DNA from: Rhynchopus sp. YZ270_cl-10
Taxonomy: Eukaryota
Length of the DNA: 64,000 nt
Direction of reading: 5' to 3'
NCBI GenBank assembly: GCA_964035575.1
Contig: OZ037841.1
Location: forward strand, 1,736,001 to 1,800,000
In this document: piece after piece, positions 59,763 to 64,000 of the stretch
Layout: each line of letters begins with the position of its first letter
Numbering within the stretch: the stretch's first letter is position 1
The notes under the pieces: generated by a model
Seen by the model: the letters and a program-made list of their open reading frames with translations, nothing else
What the model was told of the DNA's origin: nothing
The model's database searches: none
Position numbers and translations under genes: made by a program

Positions 59763-62612
59763 CTAGGCCGAGCTAGTCGAATCCGCCCCGACGCCAGTAA
59801 AGAACAACCGCACCGCACGTTGGACCTCAAACATGAGGTTGGGAGAGGAGAGGGAGGAAGGGGGAACACGAGAGGGTTTGTCAGCAGGGTTGAGCTTGGT
59901 ACTGATCCACTGTAATGAAATTGTACACCACAAGTGCTCCAAACGCGCAAGAGCTTGCACCACCGCGTCATTCAGAATCTTGGATGCCGTACAAATTTTC
60001 TTCCGGGCCACACCCACCACAGAAGTGTTGTCAACCCAGATATCCACCTTACCACCGGCCGCGGAGTCGGGAAGGGCGGCTATAGTGTTACGCAACGCAA
60101 GAGCTTCCAGCACATTAATGTGTAGCTCAGACTCCTGGGAGTCCCAACTAGCACCTACAATAGTCATTTCGTTGCTACGGCGGTCCACAATGACACCGCC
60201 CCAACCCTTCAGAGAAGCATCAATAAAAACAGCAAGGGAAGAATGGGGGGAGGGGGGCTTAAAAACACGCGGCATACACACAGCGGAGCGCCAACTGGCT
60301 AACTCCTTACGCACCGAAGCAGGGATAACAATAGAGTCGCTGGGCAGACGTCTGCCCGCATTGAGAGCGTTCGAAATACGCCTCAAAAACTTCACCGTAA
60401 ACCAAAACTTTCCCGGAAAGACCCCCGCAATGGCGGTGGCGTGCAGCAGTCTGCCCGCCAGGGACTCCAAAGAACTCGCAGATGCAACACTTAACTCAAG
60501 GGAAAAAATTTTGTCCAACAGTTTGGGAGAGGGGGTCACTGAACTGGACGTATGCTTAAAATCAACACCAATAAACACATATGACTCACTAGCCGTGACA
60601 GAGTCCTCCGGCTTCCACGTAATCCCACAGCTGCTGGCGCGAGAGTCCATCCGCTTCGTTGCAGCAACTACGTCGTCACGCGACCCACACAAGCGCACCC
60701 CATCGATCCACGTATGCACGGTCACTCCCTGCGCGACGTGCTTCTCTTGGACATATGCGGGGTCGCCTCCGATCACTGCTGTGATGGTGTGCATGAGCTC
60801 TGGGGCGCAGGAGTGACCCATCGGTAGTCTCGTCAGCTCCCACCAAACACCATTGTCGTCCGTGTAGCGGAAGTAGCGGCGAGACTCAGTTGGGATTTCG
60901 ACCTGGAAAAACCCGCATCGCAGGTCGCGAACACTACCACACTCCTTCTCAACCGCAGACAAGTACCTCGACACATGACCCAGAGGCACCTGAGCTTCAT
61001 AGCCGGCAGCATCCAAGACGTCATTGGCCTCACGAGTCCAGAGGATGAATCGTTGGCGGAGACCTGTGGGCTTCTCTTCCACAACAGTGAAGGGGATGTT
61101 GCAGCATACTCCGGGTCCGTCTGCACGCACAGCTATGCCTGTATCCTGGAGTACAGCGGCGTGTTCTGCACTCAGACGAGAAGGATGTGCAGAAGCCTCT
61201 CCTGACAGCTCCGTGGGGTAGAAAGCTGCCTGCCAAACCTCGTTGAACCTGTCCAGGATGGCAGGACGCATCATGCCTTTGACTCTGCTCAATACCAAGG
61301 GGGACACGTTCACAGCATGCAGGGGGGAGGCCCGTTCTTCGTCCGTGCAGGGGAGGCGGGTGTGTTGGGACCGCTTGGTGATGCGGTGTTGCTTGCGGGC
61401 GAACTTGTCCACCATCACAGCCATTTCGTCACGTCCTGCGTGCCGATTGCTTTCGCCAGAGCGACTGGGTCCCCTGCGTACCTGATGGTGGTGGGCGACA
61501 GCGCAACCTCCACCTTGTGCTTCGCCAGCACGGAAATGAGGGAGGGGTTCACGGGCTTTTTCTCCGCCAGCAACGACAGGAGATGGGTCACTGCCCCTCT
61601 CTTGATGCTGTGCCCCGAGAATGAGGTCATCCCTGGCGTGTGGTGCCACTTCTCCGTCAGCGCCTCGGTGGTGGTCTCCGTGAGGTAGCGGAAGGGCTTC
61701 AGCCGTCCGTAGAGGGACGCAATTTTCTCCGTGAGCGCGCCTGTCACCACTACCAACTTCGACGGCGTGAAGGGGTCCCCCCGGCGCCCCTTCGGTAGGG
61801 TGTGCCAATCCACTATCACCTCTGTGGGCGTCACCTTCACAAACTGCTCTGATCCCAACTTCTGCACTTCGTCCCAACGGCTGGCCGTTTTCCAAGCTAG
61901 CATTGCGCAGAGGCACAGGTCGTTCTGCTGGTGCTCTGTCCACTGGAGGAGGGTTCTGCGAGGAATCGGGGTGGCTTGGCTTGTGGGAATTGCCGCCCCT
62001 GCGGCCCGCAGCGCTGCTGCAAAGCTGAGCAGCGGTTGGTTGCCCAGGCCGATGTGGGTGAAGGTGCCTGATAGGGCCTTGGCGTAGGTGAGCTGCCCTT
62101 GCTTTGACACTTGAGTGGCAAGGACGAACAACACCGCTGTGTCGGCTGTCATCGGCAGCTGGTGCAGGCCCGTCCACACTGCGAACCTGGACCACAGGTA
62201 TTTGCGTTGTTGCGACGTGCGCTTGGCCCACATGTCCTCCACCACGCCTAGCAGCCACTCGGTCGCTTGCTTCGGGTTGACCTCTGTCTCCTTCACTCGA
62301 GATATGGGACGCACCCGCCCGGAGGTGGCTACATGCGTCAGTACGGCCTCTCCAAAAAGAGATGGGGGGGTAATACCGGGATGGGGGTAGGGATCTGTGT
62401 GGTGTGGTATGTGTGTTGGGGGGGGGCTGCGCGGCGGCATTGCTGCTGGGGGCTGCAGTGACCCTTGACTTGGCGGGGAGGCGGGCGGGCACAGCTGCAT
62501 CGGAGGTGGACACCTTCGTTTGTACACGCGCGTTGGTGGGGCGGTTGGGACAATGGGAATAACTTGCTGGGGATGTACAGGGGGGGCGGGCCGAGAAGAG
62601 GGGGGGAGTCAC
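59763..62612 (-). CDS. Reverse transcriptase / RNase H of YR retrotransposon 2 (true start uncertain)
   Basis: RT motifs RQRFILW, RDLRCGFFQV, RLPMGHSCAP, TWIDGV, FIGVDF; RNase H motifs FIDASLKGWGG, HINVLEALA, WVDNT, WISTKLNPADKPSR. Confidence 0.92.
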   Translation of the reverse strand: MTPPLFSARPPCTSPASYSHCPNRPTNARVQTKVSTSDAAVPARLPAKSRVTAAPSSNAAAQPPPNTHTTPHRSLPPSRYYPPISFWRGRTDACSHLRAGASHISSEGDRGQPEASDRVAARRGGGHVGQAHVATTQIPVVQVRSVDGPAPAADDSRHSGVVRPCHSSVKARAAHLRQGPIRHLHPHRPGQPTAAQLCSSAAGRRGGNSHKPSHPDSSQNPPPVDRAPAERPVPLRNASLENGQPLGRSAEVGIRAVCEGDAHRGDSGLAHPTEGAPGGPLHAVEVGSGDRRAHGENCVPLRTAEALPLPHGDHHRGADGEVAPHARDDLILGAQHQERGSDPSPVVAGGEKAREPLPHFRAGEAQGGGCAVAHHHQVRRGPSRSGESNRHAGRDEMAVMVDKFARKQHRITKRSQHTRLPCTDEERASPLHAVNVSPLVLSRVKGMMRPAILDRFNEVWQAAFYPTELSGEASAHPSRLSAEHAAVLQDTGIAVRADGPGVCCNIPFTVVEEKPTGLRQRFILWTREANDVLDAAGYEAQVPLGHVSRYLSAVEKECGSVRDLRCGFFQVEIPTESRRYFRYTDDNGVWWELTRLPMGHSCAPELMHTITAVIGGDPAYVQEKHVAQGVTVHTWIDGVRLCGSRDDVVAATKRMDSRASSCGITWKPEDSVTASESYVFIGVDFKHTSSSVTPSPKLLDKIFSLELSVASASSLESLAGRLLHATAIAGVFPGKFWFTVKFLRRISNALNAGRRLPSDSIVIPASVRKELASWRSAVCMPRVFKPPSPHSSLAVFIDASLKGWGGVIVDRRSNEMTIVGASWDSQESELHINVLEALALRNTIAALPDSAAGGKVDIWVDNTSVVGVARKKICTASKILNDAVVQALARLEHLWCTISLQWISTKLNPADKPSRVPPSSLSSPNLMFEVQRAVRLFFTGVGADSTSSA
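61415..62527 (-). CDS. Tyrosine recombinase of YR retrotransposon 2
   Basis: TASRWDEV (R), LPKG (K), GHSIKRGAV (HxxR), LAKHK (H), TIRYAG (Y); the frame is open back to the gag stop (62608). Confidence 0.92.
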   Translation of the reverse strand: MYKRRCPPPMQLCPPASPPSQGSLQPPAAMPPRSPPPTHIPHHTDPYPHPGITPPSLFGEAVLTHVATSGRVRPISRVKETEVNPKQATEWLLGVVEDMWAKRTSQQRKYLWSRFAVWTGLHQLPMTADTAVLFVLATQVSKQGQLTYAKALSGTFTHIGLGNQPLLSFAAALRAAGAAIPTSQATPIPRRTLLQWTEHQQNDLCLCAMLAWKTASRWDEVQKLGSEQFVKVTPTEVIVDWHTLPKGRRGDPFTPSKLVVVTGALTEKIASLYGRLKPFRYLTETTTEALTEKWHHTPGMTSFSGHSIKRGAVTHLLSLLAEKKPVNPSLISVLAKHKVEVALSPTTIRYAGDPVALAKAIGTQDVTKWL

Positions 62613-64000
62613 TGTTTCCCCTTCCCGGCCTTCCCGTTTCCCGGTGGGCCGGTCTTCTGTCCATGCGCTGCCGCACCGCCTTTGCCTCCCTTGTGTGATT
62701 TTGGAGGAGGGCGCGTCTGCACATACCGAGCCACTTCATGTCCCGGAGTCGACTGTGCGGTGGCACGGGTGATGTCCTTGCGAGGGACACGCTCTGACGC
62801 GAAAGCGTATTGTATGTGTAACTCCCGAAGAAGCATGTTGCCGAGGACGCGGTGGGGGGTGCCCTTCCACGACGGCGTCCACTCCGCAGCCAGTATCCAC
62901 ATACGCATCCACTGAAACGTCAACTGCAGGGCCGCCCCCCCCGGTCCATGCTTCAATCCAGACACAAAGTACTGGTTGAGCTCCAAGATGAGGCCCGCCG
63001 AGTCGTTGCGGATACGGTCCGCCCACTCCTCGACCGTCTCCGCCACCACTGGGTCTTTGACCCACATGTCGAGCTCGTCTGTAGGTTGTGGGTTGGTGCG
63101 TGGTGGTAGCGGTCCGTTCTCAGCCACAGCATCGTGCCAGAGCCCGTCGTCCGCCACGTCCGTCTTTACCCGTGTGTAGGTGGGGGCCGTGTGTGTGTGT
63201 GTGTGTGATGAGGACTGCGACACCTTCAGTCGGTCCACCTCGGCTTGCAGCTCCCTCATCTGCACCTCCATCGAACTGTTGATGCCGCTCTGCAGGCGGG
63301 CATCTTCCTCCTGCTGCCGGTTCGCCTGGCGGAGGCGGGCAATCTCCGCGTCGCGCTGCGCAAGTGCGGCTTCTGCGGAACTCCGGATCGAGCTCGCCTC
63401 CTTCTCCGCCGCTTCTGCCTGGTGCCCCATCTTCTGGCGGGCCTGCTCTGTCTGATGCAGAGACAGCGCCACAATGCGCGTGTAGCGCCATCCGGCCACA
63501 GGCAACGCCACCAACTCATCACCTCCCTCATGGGGCACACAGCCCTCTGCGACGTTGTTGTAGCAACTGCTGCGCACAAGACCAAACACCTTATTCCCCA
63601 GGCCAACCAGCTTGCCTGCGTGGTGGAGGGTCTCCTTCCCTCCAGGGGGGTACCCGGAGATCACCACCTCCTGCCCAAGGAGCACCTGCGCCTGCTCACC
63701 CAGCATCCATTCTTTCATCTGCTGGGGTGCGGGCACGTCGCCTTGACCGGCGGAGGCATGGGGTGTGCCCTTCCGCGCCTCCGCAAAAGCAAACTGACTC
63801 TTGGACCTGCAAACGGGCACAGGTTCCTCATCCGCCTCGTCAGAAGAAGAGCGAACCCTCAGGGCGTGGATGGCTCCCACCATCTTCATCAGATTCCAGT
63901 CCGGTCGCACATCGGCTTCGCAGAACTCACGCAGGTACACCGTCAACACATTCTCCGCGACAGTGTCCCCCGTCCACGCTGCCACCACCGCCTCAAAGGT
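62609..64000 (-). CDS. Gag-like ORF1 of YR retrotransposon 2 (5'-truncated by window edge)
   Basis: >459 aa open to the edge; coiled-coil middle and G/K-rich basic C-terminus, like ORF1 of element 1. Gag assignment is positional. Confidence 0.72.
   Translation of the reverse strand, partial: TFEAVVAAWTGDTVAENVLTVYLREFCEADVRPDWNLMKMVGAIHALRVRSSSDEADEEPVPVCRSKSQFAFAEARKGTPHASAGQGDVPAPQQMKEWMLGEQAQVLLGQEVVISGYPPGGKETLHHAGKLVGLGNKVFGLVRSSCYNNVAEGCVPHEGGDELVALPVAGWRYTRIVALSLHQTEQARQKMGHQAEAAEKEASSIRSSAEAALAQRDAEIARLRQANRQQEEDARLQSGINSSMEVQMRELQAEVDRLKVSQSSSHTHTHTAPTYTRVKTDVADDGLWHDAVAENGPLPPRTNPQPTDELDMWVKDPVVAETVEEWADRIRNDSAGLILELNQYFVSGLKHGPGGAALQLTFQWMRMWILAAEWTPSWKGTPHRVLGNMLLRELHIQYAFASERVPRKDITRATAQSTPGHEVARYVQTRPPPKSHKGGKGGAAAHGQKTGPPGNGKAGKGKQ

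Larger units (their letters stand above)
59368..64000 (-). mobile_element. Second tyrosine-recombinase retrotransposon, VIPER/TATE-like (5' end beyond window)
   Basis: gag-YR-RT/RH on the minus strand; 106-bp direct repeats at 59681-59786 (B1) and 59368-59473 (B2) flank a presumed A2 at 59474-59680. Confidence 0.92.

Overview
Eukaryotic genomic DNA, most likely euglenozoan (diplonemid- or bodonid-like; inferred from gene and element types, not proven). The backbone is a same-strand tandem array of six apparently intronless paralogous surface-protein genes, the first truncated by the window edge. Each complete copy encodes a signal peptide, an interchangeable N-terminal domain (PLAT-like, WSC, or one or two ConA/LamG-like), a long Pro/Thr mucin stalk, a near-identical ~7-TM core and a divergent tail. 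The spacers are duplicated and contain nested non-autonomous DNA elements (hAT-type with 8-bp TSDs, Harbinger-type with TTA, an ATAT-TSD element), hairpin-rich segments and satellites. There are two divergent tyrosine-recombinase retrotransposons with gag-YR-RT/RNase H order and split direct repeats (VIPER/TATE-like); one is complete and one runs off the right edge. The main observation is that both share an apparent recoding junction at the end of gag: a G_GGA_AAN slippery heptamer, a hairpin, and a UGA-CU stop in frame with YR. The -1 frame from the heptamer stays open across the whole YR gene into RT/RNase H. One mRNA could therefore give Gag, Gag-YR (readthrough) and Gag-RT (-1 frameshift). 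The frames are read from the sequence; the recoding itself is inference.
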